Shown in pieces: positions 26,841-38,941 of a stretch of DNA of 44,068 nucleotides; positions within the stretch are counted from its first letter, which is position 1; each line of letters begins with the position of its first letter. Both the position numbers and the translations under genes were made by a program. The notes beneath the pieces are model-generated. The model worked only from the letters and a program-made list of their open reading frames with translations. It did no database searches and was not told the origin of the DNA. This DNA comes from Mycobacterium sp. (GTDB taxonomy: Bacteria > Actinomycetota > Actinomycetes > Mycobacteriales > Mycobacteriaceae), in contig JBFYOQ010000039.1 in the NCBI GenBank assembly GCA_041303735.1, forward strand, positions 1 through 44,068, read 5' to 3'.

Positions 26841-26869
26841 CGCTGGGCGCTTGGGCCCACTGGGCCCCG

Positions 26870-26895
26870 CAGGCCCGCCGGGCCCGCCGGGCCTG
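26870..26895. terminator. GC hairpin between convergent porin and AAA ATPase genes
   Basis: CAGGCCCG-N10-CGGGCCTG inverted repeat; no U tract. Confidence 0.45.
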
Positions 26896-26901
26896 AAGGC
26901 G

Positions 26902-29115
26902 TCAGCGCCCGCTGGCGAACTCCCGCAGCGACTCCACCTGAACCGGATCCAGGGACGGCCGCACGGTCTGCCTCGCGCTGGCGACATCGGCCGCGGTGAC
27001 ATCGGCGGCGTCGATGGAGCGGCGCATCGCCGTGAGTGCGGCCTCCCGCAGCAGTGCCACGCAGTCGGCCGCGCTGTAGCCGTCCAGGTCCGCGGCCAAT
27101 GCCTGCAGGTCCACGTCGGCGCTCAACGGCACGGACTTCGCCGCGGTCTTGAGGATCTGGAAGCGGGCGTCGGCGTCCGGCGGTTCGACGAAGACCAGCC
27201 GTTCCATCCGGCCCGGCCGCAGCAGCGCCGGGTCGATCAGGTCGGGTCGGTTGGTGGCGCCGAGAACGACGACGTCACGTAGCGGCTCGATCCCGTCCAA
27301 TTCGGTCAGCAGGGCCGCGACCACCCGGTCGGTCACCCCGGAGTCGAAACTCTGCCCGCGTCGCGGGGCCAGCGCATCCACCTCGTCGAGGAAGACCAGT
27401 GACGGCGCCGAATCCCTTGCCCGGCGGAATAATTCCCGCACGGCCTTCTCCGAGGAGCCGACCCATTTGTCCATCAGCTCCGCACCCTTGACGGCGTGCA
27501 CGCTCAACCGTCCCGAACTGGCCAGGGCCCGCACCACGAATGTCTTGCCGCATCCTGGCGGACCGTAGAGCAGCACTCCTCGCGGCGGATCGACGCCGAG
27601 GCGGGCGAAGGTGTCCGGATGCTGTAGCGGCCACAGCACCGCCTCGGTGAGCGCCTGCTTGGTCTGCACCATGTCGCCGACGTCGTCGAGTGTCACCGAC
27701 CCCACGGCGACTTCCTCCGTGCTCGATCGCGACAACGGGCGGATGACGGTCAGCGCGCCGGTGAAGTCGTCCTGTGTCAGCGACGGGTCCCTGCCGTCCT
27801 CACTCGCGCGGGCAGCGGCCCGCAGCGCTGCCTCCCGCACCAGCGCGGCAAGATCTGCCCGGACGAATCCCGGAGTGCGGTCGGCGATCTCGCCGAGACT
27901 GAGATCACCGGCGGGTACGTCGCGCAGCAGCACCTCCAGAAGCGCTTTGCGGGTGGCGCCATCGGGCAGGCTGAGACCCAGCTCGCGGTCGCAGAGATCC
28001 GGCGCACGCAGCCGGGGATCGACTGCGTCGGGGGCCTGCGAGGTGGCGATCAGCGCCACCCCGGGCGCGGATACCGCTTTCTTGAATTCACTGAGGATGA
28101 TCGTGGACACGGGCTCCGGCGGGACGGGCAGCAGCGCGTCGATGTCGGTGACCAACAGAACGCCGCCGCCGTTGCACACATCGGCCACCGCCCTGGCCAC
28201 GGCCTGCTGGCGGTCGCTCGCGGCCAGCGCGCCGGTGTCCGGGCCGTCGAGATCCACCAGACGTCGCTGCGCGCACACCGCGCGCACCAGGCGGGCCTTG
28301 CCCACCCCGGCCGGGCCGGTGATCAGCACCCCGAGATTGGGCTTGGCGCCGAGTTTCTCCAGCAGTGCCGGCTCGTCGAGTGCGAGCTTGAGCCACTCGG
28401 TGAGCCGGCCGGCCTGCACATGCTGGCCCTTGAGGTCGTCGACGCTGACCGGCGGGGTGGCCGGCCACCGGGTGGGCGTGCTGATCGCCGACGTCGAGAC
28501 CGGCGCCGCGGCCTCGGCGCCTGCCGTACCGCCACCGCCCCAGCTGACCGACGAGTTCGGCTGTACCGACACCGGGCCCACCGGGTCGGCCCCGGTCACC
28601 GTCAGCAATTCCGAGGTCCACGTGATCCCCACCGATGCGGCCAGTGCCGAGGTGGCCTCCGAGGTGGATGTTCCCGGGCCCAGATCGCGCGGCAGCAGCG
28701 ACACCGTGTCGCCCACGGTCAGCACTTTGCCCAGCAGCGCCTGCCGCAGCGTCGCCGAGGCCACCGACTTGGTGGCCAGCGCGGAGCCGCTCAGTGTCAC
28801 CGACCGCGCGCCGTACACCGTCACCGGAGCCACCAGAACGCCTGCGTCCTCGCGCAGGCCGGCGTTGGAGAGGGTGACGTCATCGAGCAGAGCGGTTCCT
28901 GCGGGTGTGCCCGGCGGTGCGATTCCCGCAACGGCGGCGGTGGTGCGCGATCCGGTCAGCGACACCGCGTCCCACTCCCGGATACCCAGTGCGGCAATGG
29001 CTTCCGGATGCAGCCGGACGACACCCCGCCGGGAGTCCAGTGCGGCGGTGTTGAGCCTCGCGGTGAGCACGAGGCTGGATGCGGGCGGCACAGGGTCGGT
29101 CATCAGGTCGGTCAC
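26902..29115 (-). CDS. AAA+ ATPase, Cdc48-like with two AAA modules (Rv0435c-like)
   Basis: Walker A GPAGVGK and GPPGCGKT, FLDEVD, ATNRPDLIDPALLRPGR; alternative ATG at 29103. Confidence 0.9.
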   Translation of the reverse strand: MTDLMTDPVPPASSLVLTARLNTAALDSRRGVVRLHPEAIAALGIREWDAVSLTGSRTTAAVAGIAPPGTPAGTALLDDVTLSNAGLREDAGVLVAPVTVYGARSVTLSGSALATKSVASATLRQALLGKVLTVGDTVSLLPRDLGPGTSTSEATSALAASVGITWTSELLTVTGADPVGPVSVQPNSSVSWGGGGTAGAEAAAPVSTSAISTPTRWPATPPVSVDDLKGQHVQAGRLTEWLKLALDEPALLEKLGAKPNLGVLITGPAGVGKARLVRAVCAQRRLVDLDGPDTGALAASDRQQAVARAVADVCNGGGVLLVTDIDALLPVPPEPVSTIILSEFKKAVSAPGVALIATSQAPDAVDPRLRAPDLCDRELGLSLPDGATRKALLEVLLRDVPAGDLSLGEIADRTPGFVRADLAALVREAALRAAARASEDGRDPSLTQDDFTGALTVIRPLSRSSTEEVAVGSVTLDDVGDMVQTKQALTEAVLWPLQHPDTFARLGVDPPRGVLLYGPPGCGKTFVVRALASSGRLSVHAVKGAELMDKWVGSSEKAVRELFRRARDSAPSLVFLDEVDALAPRRGQSFDSGVTDRVVAALLTELDGIEPLRDVVVLGATNRPDLIDPALLRPGRMERLVFVEPPDADARFQILKTAAKSVPLSADVDLQALAADLDGYSAADCVALLREAALTAMRRSIDAADVTAADVASARQTVRPSLDPVQVESLREFASGR

Positions 29116-29118
29116 CTT

Positions 29119-29970
29119 TTATGCTCCCGGTTTGCGCAAGCCCAGTCGGGCAGTTGAACGCCGACTCGGGTTCCCGGCGCGGCGGATCGCCCGCCGAGCT
29201 GCCCGGCGCTGCCGCGAGTTGTCCAACTCCGGGTGCGCGGCGGCCCAGCGCTGGCTGCGGACGGTGAACGGCATGATCAGCAGATAGCCCGCGATGATCA
29301 GCAGTACGAGGACATACGGGAACAGCAGCAGTCCCGCGGCCGCGACGGCGACCAGCACCAGCAGGATCGGTGCCGCGTTCGCCGGCACCGAGATGGACTT
29401 CAGTGCGACGGTGGGCACCCGGCTTACCAGCAGCACGGAATTCGCCGCCAGCCAGGCGCAGATGAAACCCGTCGTCGTCCACCAGCCGTGGCCGAACTGC
29501 AGCATCGCGGCCAGGGGCCCGATCGCGCCCACCGCGCCGCAGGGCGCCGGCATGCCGACGAAGTACTGACGGGTGTACGCGGGCCGGGTGTCGTCGTCGA
29601 GCAGGGTGTTGAACCGCGCCAGTCGCAACACGATGCACACCGCGTAGAGCAGTACGAACATCCAGCCGATCGGTGAGGTCGGCAACAGCGTGACGTAGAC
29701 GACCAGCGCCGGCGCGACACCGAAGTTGACCGCGTCCGCCAGCGAGTCGATCTCGGCACCCATCGGGGACTGCGCGTGCAGTGCCCGGGCGATACCGCCG
29801 TCGATGCCGTCGAGAACCGCTGCGGCGCCGATGAGCGCCAGTGCGACGTGCGGGCGTCCGTCCAACGCGAATTTGATGGACGTCAGCCCGGCGCAGATCG
29901 CGAGTACCGTTGTCGCACTGGGCAGGATCCGCAGTCCTCGTCGGCGCGGACCGGTGGGGGGTGCGATCAC
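29119..29970 (-). CDS. pssA: CDP-diacylglycerol-serine O-phosphatidyltransferase
   Basis: CDP-alcohol phosphotransferase motif DGIDGGIAR...GAEIDSLAD; RLARFN; coupled to psd. Confidence 0.92.
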   Translation of the reverse strand: MIAPPTGPRRRGLRILPSATTVLAICAGLTSIKFALDGRPHVALALIGAAAVLDGIDGGIARALHAQSPMGAEIDSLADAVNFGVAPALVVYVTLLPTSPIGWMFVLLYAVCIVLRLARFNTLLDDDTRPAYTRQYFVGMPAPCGAVGAIGPLAAMLQFGHGWWTTTGFICAWLAANSVLLVSRVPTVALKSISVPANAAPILLVLVAVAAAGLLLFPYVLVLLIIAGYLLIMPFTVRSQRWAAAHPELDNSRQRRAARRAIRRAGNPSRRSTARLGLRKPGA

Positions 29971-30671
29971 GGCAGCCGCGCCAGGACCGTCTCGCCGGCC
30001 AGCGCCCGCTGCCCGGGCTCCACCAACAGTTCCGAACCGGCGGGAAGATAGGTGTCCAGCCGGGAGCCGAATCGGATGAGCCCGTAGGTCTGGCCGATCC
30101 CGACCGACTCACCGGCACGGATATCGCAGACGATGCGCCGGGCGATCAGCCCGGCGATCTGAACGACGGCCACCTCGTGTCCTTCCGGCGTGCGGATCAG
30201 CACGCTGTTCCGCTCATTGTCCTCACTGGCGGCCGCCAGGTCGGCGGAATGGAACCGGCCGGGCCGGTAAGCCACCGCGAGCACCTCGCCGCCCACCGGG
30301 GTGCGCTGCACGTGGGCGTCCAGAAGTGAGAGGAAGATGCTGATCCGGGGGACCGGCGGCCCCGGCCGGCCCAACTCGGCGGGTAACTCGGCGCTCTCGA
30401 CCAGACACACCAGGCCATCGGCCGGGGCGACGACCACACCCGGGCGGGTCGGCGGGGTGCGTGGCGGGTGACGGAAGAACCCCGCGTTGGCCCCGGCGGC
30501 GGCCAGCCCCACCCGGCGAACCCAACGGTGTTTGCGGCCCAGGGCCGCCACCATCAGACCGGCCGAGATGAACGGGATGCCGGCGGGGTGGACCGGCGGA
30601 ACCGAGGATCGCACCAGCGCCGCCAAGCGCTGCGGGCCGGACCGCAGTTCGTCATCGGGGCGTCTGGCCAT
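29967..30671 (-). CDS. psd: Phosphatidylserine decarboxylase proenzyme
   Basis: FFRHP, APADG, ENERN-like [17 protein letters not shown], cleavage site IRFGS. Confidence 0.92.
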   Translation of the reverse strand: MARRPDDELRSGPQRLAALVRSSVPPVHPAGIPFISAGLMVAALGRKHRWVRRVGLAAAGANAGFFRHPPRTPPTRPGVVVAPADGLVCLVESAELPAELGRPGPPVPRISIFLSLLDAHVQRTPVGGEVLAVAYRPGRFHSADLAAASEDNERNSVLIRTPEGHEVAVVQIAGLIARRIVCDIRAGESVGIGQTYGLIRFGSRLDTYLPAGSELLVEPGQRALAGETVLARLP

Positions 30672-30711
30672 TGCCGCGATTCTACGGACTCCCGCGCATC
30701 CGACGCGGCGG

Positions 30712-31914
30712 CTAGCGCAGATCCCAGATATGCACCTGCTGACCGGCGGGCAGTTCGGTGACGTCCTCGCCGATGTCGAGCAGACAGTCGGCCGCCGCGA
30801 GCCAGCGCAAGTGGTGGGAGGCCGGCGGTCCGTAGCTCGTCACCCTGGCCGTCTCGGGATCGTAGACGCCGCGGCGGAACTGCCGCTTGCCGCGCGGGGA
30901 GGTGATCGCCTCATCGAGTACGGCCGTGCGCACCGGCCGGTGGTAATCGGTGTGGCCCATCGCCGCGCGCAGGGCCGGCCGCAGGAACACCTCGAAGGAG
31001 ACCAGCGCGCTGACCGGGTTCCCCGGCAGGGTGATCAGCGCCCGACCGTCGGTCAGGACGCCGCAACCCTGCGGCATGCCGGGCTGCATCGCCACTTTCA
31101 CGAACTCGACATCCCGACCGTCGGTAAAGGCATCCTTGACCACCTCGTAGGCGCCTGCGCTCACCCCGCCGGAGGTGATCACCACGTCCGCCGCACCCGC
31201 GTAGGCGTCGAGCACCGCCCGCAACGCCGCGACGTCGTCGCCGCAAGTGTGTGACCCCACCACTTCCGCACCCGCCTCCCGGGCCGCCGCGGCCAGCATC
31301 ACCGCGTTGGATTCGTAGATCTGCCCCGGTTGCAGTGGTGTCCCCGCCGCCACCAACTCCGCTCCGGTGGAGACCACCAGCACCCGCTGGCGCGGTGTCA
31401 CCGTCAGCTCACCGAGTCCCAGTGCCGCCGCCAGACCCAGCGCGGCGGGGCTGAGCACCTCACCGGCGGCCAGCACCGTCACACCGGAGGTGACGTCCTC
31501 CCCGGCCCTGCGGATGTGCTGGCCCGGTCGGGGGGTCGATCCGATGGCGACCATCTGCGTGCCGCCATCGGTCTGCTCCACCGGGACCACCGCGTCCGCC
31601 CCGCCCGGGAGCGGTGCACCGGTCATGATCCGGTGTGCGGTGCCGGGCTCCAGGGTCAGCACATCGGTGCGTCCGGCCGGAATATCCTCGGCCACAGGAA
31701 GATTCACCGGTGTGCCCGGGCCGGCACCGGCTACGTCACCGGACCGCACCGCGTAACCGTCCATCGCCGAGTTGTCGAACACCGGCAGCGACAGCGGAGC
31801 CACCACATCGGCGGCGAGCACCAAGCCCGCGGCGTCGGCGGTGGGCACACCCATCGGTGACCGCGGGACGATCAGCCCGGCGACGACCTGCTGATGCTCG
31901 TCGACGCTGCGCAT
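30712..31914 (-). CDS. moeA2: Molybdopterin molybdotransferase
   Basis: [38 protein letters not shown]. Confidence 0.92.
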   Translation of the reverse strand: MRSVDEHQQVVAGLIVPRSPMGVPTADAAGLVLAADVVAPLSLPVFDNSAMDGYAVRSGDVAGAGPGTPVNLPVAEDIPAGRTDVLTLEPGTAHRIMTGAPLPGGADAVVPVEQTDGGTQMVAIGSTPRPGQHIRRAGEDVTSGVTVLAAGEVLSPAALGLAAALGLGELTVTPRQRVLVVSTGAELVAAGTPLQPGQIYESNAVMLAAAAREAGAEVVGSHTCGDDVAALRAVLDAYAGAADVVITSGGVSAGAYEVVKDAFTDGRDVEFVKVAMQPGMPQGCGVLTDGRALITLPGNPVSALVSFEVFLRPALRAAMGHTDYHRPVRTAVLDEAITSPRGKRQFRRGVYDPETARVTSYGPPASHHLRWLAAADCLLDIGEDVTELPAGQQVHIWDLR

Positions 31915-31948
31915 CAGCGCCTCAGATCGCGCATCAGCGCCTCAGATC
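31909..31948 (-). repeat. Perfect 20-bp tandem duplication of the SDR/moeA2 junction
   Basis: GCGCATCAGCGCCTCAGATC twice on + strand (31909-31928, 31929-31948). Confidence 0.9.
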
Positions 31949-32862
31949 GGATAGGTGACGCCGGTCAACTCTTCGGAGACCTGCCATAACCGCTGCTGCG
32001 TGGCGATGTCGTGGGACGCGGTGTTGGAGGTCACCAGCACGGGGTGGCCGCGCAGTTCCTTGAAGCCGTCCGGGCCCCAGTACTGGCCGCCCTGCACGGC
32101 CGGGTCGGTGGCCGCGCGCACTGTTGGCAGAGCCCCCAGTTCGGAGGTGTTCAGCAGCTTGCCGGACAGCCAGCTCACACCCGGCAGGCCCGCGCCGGGC
32201 ACGTGGCGCACCAGTTCGGTGGCCGCCACACCCGGATGGGCCGCCACGGCGATGGTGTTGGCCTTCGCCGCGGCCAGGCGGCGCTGCAGTTCGTAGGTGA
32301 AGAGCAGATTGGCCAGCTTGGATTGGCCGTAGGACGCCACCCGGTCGTAGCGGCGTTTCTCCCACTGCAGATCGTCGAAGTCGATCTTGGCGCGGATGTT
32401 GTGGGCGATGCTGGCGACCACCACCACCCGGGATCCCTCGACCGGCAGCAGGTTCGGTAGCAGCAGTCCGGTGAGCGCGAAGTGTCCCAGGTGGTTGGTG
32501 CCGAATTGCAGTTCGAACCCGTCGGAGGTGGTCTGCTTCGGCGGGTACATCACTCCGGCGTTGTTGATCAACAGGTCGATCCGCGGGTGGGCCGCGCCAA
32601 GTTCGGCCCCGGACTCGCGCACCGACGCCAGCGAGCCGAGATCCAGTTTGGTGACTGAGACGTCCGCGCCCGGGGTGATCTCGCGGATGCGGGCCGCTGC
32701 CGAGTCGCCCTTGGCGGTGTCGCGCACCGCCATCACGACCTTGGCGCCGCGGGCGGCGAGAACCCGGGCGGTGTCGTAGCCGAGGCCGGTGTTGGAGCCG
32801 GTGACGATGGCCAGCCGGCCACGTTGATCGGGTACGTCGTTCTCAGTCCATCGGGCGTTCAT
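31942..32862 (-). CDS. Short-chain dehydrogenase/reductase (Rv0439c-like)
   Basis: TGSNTGLG, NNAG, YGQSK, HPG; start MNARWT with TAATCT 7 nt upstream. Confidence 0.9.
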   Translation of the reverse strand: MNARWTENDVPDQRGRLAIVTGSNTGLGYDTARVLAARGAKVVMAVRDTAKGDSAAARIREITPGADVSVTKLDLGSLASVRESGAELGAAHPRIDLLINNAGVMYPPKQTTSDGFELQFGTNHLGHFALTGLLLPNLLPVEGSRVVVVASIAHNIRAKIDFDDLQWEKRRYDRVASYGQSKLANLLFTYELQRRLAAAKANTIAVAAHPGVAATELVRHVPGAGLPGVSWLSGKLLNTSELGALPTVRAATDPAVQGGQYWGPDGFKELRGHPVLVTSNTASHDIATQQRLWQVSEELTGVTYPI

Positions 32863-32932
32863 GCCTAGAAGATTACGTGGCCTTCGGCGCTGCTTTGCCC
32901 GACCGCCTCTTACCGCTCCGAAATGGACCGGA

Positions 32933-34618
32933 TCAGGTTTGTAGCGAGCGCACCGCGTCGATGCGTGCCCGCAACTGATCGCCGTTGGCGGCGGCCACCG
33001 GCGGGCCGCCGCAGATCCGGCGCAGCTCGCTGTGGATGGTGCCGTGCGTCTTGCCGGTGCGGTGATGGGTGGCGGCCACCAGCGCATTGAGTTCGCGGCG
33101 CAGTTCGCGAAGACGGCCGTGCGTCGTGCGCGGTGCCGTCTCACCGCCGGCGGCGGTGCGCATCGCCAGTTGCTCATCCTGGCGGCGGCGCAACAGCTCA
33201 CGCATCTGGTTGGTGTCGAGCAGTCCCGGGATGCCGAGGTAGTCGGCCTCCTCATCGCTGCCGGCCGGGGTGGCGCTACCGAACGATGACCCGTCGAAGA
33301 TCAGCTGGTCCAGTTCGGCGTCCGCGCCGAGGGATTCGAACCCTGTATCGGTGTCGGTGGGCTCGGTGCGGCGCGGCTCGCCTCCCAGATCGTCCAGCAG
33401 CGTCTCGCGGTGCGGCTTGCCCAGCACGTGGTTGCGCTGGGCTTCCAGTTCGCTGGCCAACTGCAGCAGCGACGGCACCGACGGGAGGAAGATGCTCGCC
33501 GTCTCGCCCCAGGTGCGGGAGCGGACGAACCGGCCGACAGCCTGGGCGAAGAACAGCGGGGTCGAGGCGCTGGTGGCGTAGACGCCCACCGCCAGGCGTG
33601 GCACATCGACGCCTTCGGAGACCATCCGGACCGCGACAAGCCACCGGCCGGTGCCTTGAGAGAACTGGGAGATGCGGTCAGATGAGCCGGGATCGTCGGA
33701 GAGCACCACGGTCGGCGCCTCGCCGGTGATCGTCGTGAGCAGGCCCGCGTAGGCGCGCGCGGCCGTCTGATCCGAGGCGATCACCATCCCGCCGGCGTCG
33801 GGCATGCCGGCGTCGCGAAGTTGGCTCAGCCGGGTGTCGGCCGCGCAGATCACCGCCGGCATCCACTGGCCGGCGGGGTCGAGCGCGGTGCGCCAGGCGT
33901 GCGCGGTCTGCTCGGCGCTCAGCGGCTCACCGAGTCGGGCGGCGTGCTCCTCACCGGCGCTGGTGCGCCAGCGGGCCTCACCGGAGTAGGCCAGGAACAC
34001 CACCGGGCGGACCACCCGGTCGGTGAGCGCTTCGGCATAGCCGTAGGTGTGGTCGGCCTTGGAACGGGATACCCCCGGCCCGTCGGGGACGTATTCCACG
34101 AACGGGATCGCACTGTCATCGCTGCGGAACGGGGTGCCGGTCAGAGCCAGGCGGCGCGCGGCGTCGCCGAACGCCTCCTTGATGGCGTCGCCCCAGGTCT
34201 TGGCGTCGCCGCCATGATGGATCTCGTCGAACACCACCAGCGTGCGGCGGTTCTCGGTGCGCACCCGGTGGCGCATCGGGTGGCTGGCCACCTGGGCATA
34301 GGTGATGACGACGCCGTGGTAATCCTCCGACGTCATCGCGCTGGAGTTGGAGAATTTGGGGTCCAGCGAGATCCCGTTGGCGGGGGCGGCCGCCGCCCAC
34401 TGGGTCTTGAGGTGCTCGGTGGGCACCACCACCGTGAGCTTCTCGACGGTGCCGTCGGCGAGCAGTTCGGCGGCGATACGCAGGGCGAATGCGGTCTTGC
34501 CCGCGCCGGGGGTGGCGACCAGCAGGAAGTCGCGGGGGCGGGTGGTGAGGTAGCGGACCAGCGCGCGCCGCTGCCAGCCCCGCAATGCCTGGGTGCTGGG
34601 CGCCTCCTCTGCCCGCAC
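32933..34618 (-). CDS. SF2 DExH-box helicase (Rv2917-like)
   Basis: LRGWQ, TPGAGKT, DEIHH, TGTP, EGVDVP, QAVGRFVR; GTG 34618 with GGAGG RBS. Confidence 0.88.
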   Translation of the reverse strand: MRAEEAPSTQALRGWQRRALVRYLTTRPRDFLLVATPGAGKTAFALRIAAELLADGTVEKLTVVVPTEHLKTQWAAAAPANGISLDPKFSNSSAMTSEDYHGVVITYAQVASHPMRHRVRTENRRTLVVFDEIHHGGDAKTWGDAIKEAFGDAARRLALTGTPFRSDDSAIPFVEYVPDGPGVSRSKADHTYGYAEALTDRVVRPVVFLAYSGEARWRTSAGEEHAARLGEPLSAEQTAHAWRTALDPAGQWMPAVICAADTRLSQLRDAGMPDAGGMVIASDQTAARAYAGLLTTITGEAPTVVLSDDPGSSDRISQFSQGTGRWLVAVRMVSEGVDVPRLAVGVYATSASTPLFFAQAVGRFVRSRTWGETASIFLPSVPSLLQLASELEAQRNHVLGKPHRETLLDDLGGEPRRTEPTDTDTGFESLGADAELDQLIFDGSSFGSATPAGSDEEADYLGIPGLLDTNQMRELLRRRQDEQLAMRTAAGGETAPRTTHGRLRELRRELNALVAATHHRTGKTHGTIHSELRRICGGPPVAAANGDQLRARIDAVRSLQT

Positions 34619-34731
34619 CCACACCTCCGTCCGTCCGTCCGGCCTCCGCCCGACAAGCGAGTCGGACTCTAACCCACGGCGATCACCACCGGCCGCGGCT
34701 GCGGCGGCGTGTCCACTGACGGCGAACCCTT

Positions 34732-34758
34732 CTTGCACTCGGGGTGGGCGAGTGCTAA
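34732..34758 (+). promoter_or_regulatory. CIRCE element 1 (HrcA operator)
   Basis: CTTGCACTC-N9-GAGTGCTAA versus consensus TTAGCACTC-N9-GAGTGCTAA, upstream of groEL2. Confidence 0.9.
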
Positions 34759-34766
34759 AAATGTAG

Positions 34767-34793
34767 TTGGCACTCACGACCGGTGAGTGCTAG
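34767..34793 (+). promoter_or_regulatory. CIRCE element 2 (HrcA operator)
   Basis: TTGGCACTC-N9-GAGTGCTAG. Confidence 0.9.
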
Positions 34794-34806
34794 GTCGGGA
34801 CGGTGA

Positions 34807-36525
<1,719 letters not shown>

Positions 36526-36566
36526 AAGTCCGCTCGGTTTCTGCACAACACGGTCTCCCCCACAAC

Positions 36567-36608
36567 GAAAGTGCCCGGCTCCCCCTGAAAAGGGGGCCGG
36601 GCACTTTC
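36567..36608. terminator. Intrinsic terminator hairpin downstream of groEL2, probably bidirectional
   Basis: GAAAGTGCCCGGC-T-CCCCT-GAAA-AGGGG-GCCGGGCACTTTC long inverted repeat between convergent genes. Confidence 0.85.
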
Positions 36609-36629
36609 CCGTCCGCGGGGTGGCGAGGA

Positions 36630-38360
36630 TCAGGCCGGCGCCGGGCGGCGGCCGCGGATCAGCTTGCCCGGGCGCGCCGCAGTCGGCACGCCGTCGCGGG
36701 CGATCACCTCCCCGGAGACGATCGTCGCGACGTAGCCGTCGGCGGTCTGGTCGAGCCGCCGCCCGCCCGCGGGAAGGTCGTTGACGATCACCGGCTTGTG
36801 CAGGGTCAGCGCGGCGTGGTCGATGACGTTGAGGTCGGCCTTGTAGCCGACGGCGATCCGGCCGCGGTCCTCCAGGCCGGCGATGCCGGCCGGAATCGTC
36901 GTCATCTGCCGCACCGCCTCGGCGACGCTCAACCGGCCGGTCGCCCGATCGCGGGCCCAGTGCGCCAGCACGAACGTCGGATAGCTCGCGTCGCAGATCA
37001 TCCCGTAGTGCGCGCCGCCGTCGCCCAGGCCCAGCACCACGTCGTCGCGGCGCATCAACTCACCGACGGTGTCCAGGGAGTTGTTCTCGAAGTTGGCCAG
37101 TGCCACCAGCATCATGGCGTGGCCGTCCTCGTCGAGCAGCCGGTCGTAGGCCTCCTCCAGCGGGCTCACCCCCCGGGCGGCGGCGCGGGCCAGGATGCTC
37201 TGTTCGGCCGCGGGCTCGTAGTCCGCCGGCTCATCAAGCGGGAACATCCACTCCCACGCCTGCGCGAAATACATGAACGGATGCCCGTGCCCAGGCGTGT
37301 CGGCCAGGATCCGCGCGCGGACCTCCGGTTTGCGCATCTGCGCGACGCGCTCGGCCAGCGGCAGGTCCGCTATCTCCTGGTAGCTGGGATACAGCACGAA
37401 CGGATTGGCCGTCAGTTCCAGGCCGATCACCAGACCGATCGGGCGGGCGAACACCTGCGCGGTGATGTCACCGCCCGTCCGACCAGGTCGAGAGTTGAAC
37501 TCCTCTATCAACTTGACCGCGCCCGGCCAGATCGGCTCACCGGCGTTGCCGGTCGTCAGGGTGAACGTCACCGGCACCCCGGCCTCGGTGGCTGCTTCGA
37601 AGACCTGCTGCAGCACCGGTTCGTAGCCGCCGGCGGGCAGGTCGGGGATGAACTGCAACAGGCCGCCACCGGCGTCGGCCATCCCGCCGGCAATGGCCGA
37701 GATCTCCTCGTACGCCGCGTCATACGTCGGGATCGGCGCACCGCTGCCAGTCTTGTGGAAGGCGAACCGTGACGACGAAACGCCCAGCGCCCCGACCTCG
37801 ATGGCCTCGGCCGCGAGCGCGCGCATCAGCGCCATGTCCTCGGCGGTCGCCGGCTCGCAGTCGGCTCCGCGCTGGCCCATCACGTACACCCGCAGCGGCG
37901 AGTGCGGAAGGTAGGCGGCGACGTCGATATCGCGCTGCCGCGACTCCAGCGCGTCGAGGTACTGCGGGAAGGTCTCCCAGTCCCAGGGCAGCCCGTCGGT
38001 CATCACCACACCGGGGATGTCCTCCACACCCGCCATCACATCGACGAGCACCTCGTGATCGCCCGGCCGGCACGGCGCGAAGCCCACCCCGCAGTTTCCC
38101 ATCAACGCGGTGGTGACGCCGTGCGAGGACGACGGCGACATCCGCTGCGACCAGATCGCCTGCCCGTCGTAGTGGGTGTGCAGATCGACGAAGCCCGGTG
38201 TGACGAGCAGGCCGGTGGCGTCGATCTCCCGCTCACCCTCCCCGTCGCACGCGCCGACGGCGACGATGACGCCGCCGCAGACTGCGACGTCGCCGCGGTA
38301 GGGCTCACCGCCGAGCCCGTCGACGACGGTGCCGTTGCGGATAACGAGGTCATAGCTCAT
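36630..38360 (-). CDS. N-acyl-D-amino-acid deacylase family amidohydrolase
   Basis: YDLVIRNGTVVDG, PGFVDLHTHYD, GVTTALMGNCG, DGGAH, RGRIAVGYKADL. Confidence 0.88.
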   Translation of the reverse strand: MSYDLVIRNGTVVDGLGGEPYRGDVAVCGGVIVAVGACDGEGEREIDATGLLVTPGFVDLHTHYDGQAIWSQRMSPSSSHGVTTALMGNCGVGFAPCRPGDHEVLVDVMAGVEDIPGVVMTDGLPWDWETFPQYLDALESRQRDIDVAAYLPHSPLRVYVMGQRGADCEPATAEDMALMRALAAEAIEVGALGVSSSRFAFHKTGSGAPIPTYDAAYEEISAIAGGMADAGGGLLQFIPDLPAGGYEPVLQQVFEAATEAGVPVTFTLTTGNAGEPIWPGAVKLIEEFNSRPGRTGGDITAQVFARPIGLVIGLELTANPFVLYPSYQEIADLPLAERVAQMRKPEVRARILADTPGHGHPFMYFAQAWEWMFPLDEPADYEPAAEQSILARAAARGVSPLEEAYDRLLDEDGHAMMLVALANFENNSLDTVGELMRRDDVVLGLGDGGAHYGMICDASYPTFVLAHWARDRATGRLSVAEAVRQMTTIPAGIAGLEDRGRIAVGYKADLNVIDHAALTLHKPVIVNDLPAGGRRLDQTADGYVATIVSGEVIARDGVPTAARPGKLIRGRRPAPA

Positions 38361-38407
38361 GCGAGTCAGATTACGTCGGTCCGGCGCCCCCGCGTAGCGT
38401 CGAAATC

Positions 38408-38941
38408 ATGGCCGAATCCTTACCGGCACAACCCGCTGACCCGGCGCAACCGGCCAGGGAGATTCTGCGGGACTGCTTCACCCGGATCATCGAGCACGTC
38501 GACGACCTCACCGGCGCGTTGACCGACGAGGTCTCCTGCTACCGGCCCACGCCGGAATCCAACAGCATCGCGTGGCTGATCTGGCACAGCGCCCGGATCA
38601 CCGACGCCCAGTTGGCCCACATCACCGGCGGCGTTCAGGTGTGGGAGACCTGGGTGGATCGCTTCGGCCTCGACCTGCCGCGCGAGGATCACGGATACGG
38701 TCACCGCGCCGAGGATGTGTCCAAGGTGCGGGCTCCCGCCGATCTGCTCTCCGGCTACTACCATGCGGTGCACAAGACCACCCTGGAATACATCGCCGAC
38801 ATCACCGCAGCGGACCTGGGCCGCGTGATCGACGAGAACTGGAGCCCGCCTGTGACGGTCAGTGTGCGGCTGGTCAGCATCATCGACGACTGCGCTCAGC
38901 ACCTCGGTCAGGCGGCCTACCTACGGGGGATCGCGACCTGA
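38408..38941 (+). CDS. DinB-superfamily mycothiol transferase (Rv0443-like)
   Basis: NSIAWLIWH, DDCAQHLGQAAYLRG. Confidence 0.85.
   Translation: MAESLPAQPADPAQPAREILRDCFTRIIEHVDDLTGALTDEVSCYRPTPESNSIAWLIWHSARITDAQLAHITGGVQVWETWVDRFGLDLPREDHGYGHRAEDVSKVRAPADLLSGYYHAVHKTTLEYIADITAADLGRVIDENWSPPVTVSVRLVSIIDDCAQHLGQAAYLRGIAT

Noticed and set aside
26845-26898. Collagen-like GRLGPLGPAGPPGPPGLK in ORF 26797-27282
   Set aside because: Arises from 9-bp GGCCC repeats and a hairpin in a 60-bp convergent spacer; ORF overlaps two real genes
27611-29287. 558-aa plus-strand ORF, and similar long ORFs at 11626-13203, 23948-25330, 3386-4696, 42352-43611
   Set aside because: Antisense to well-supported genes; stop-poor shadow frames are expected in high-GC DNA; no motifs
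32933-34618. Helicase as a restriction or anti-phage component
   Set aside because: No methylase or nuclease partner; resembles a conserved actinobacterial Rv2917-like helicase
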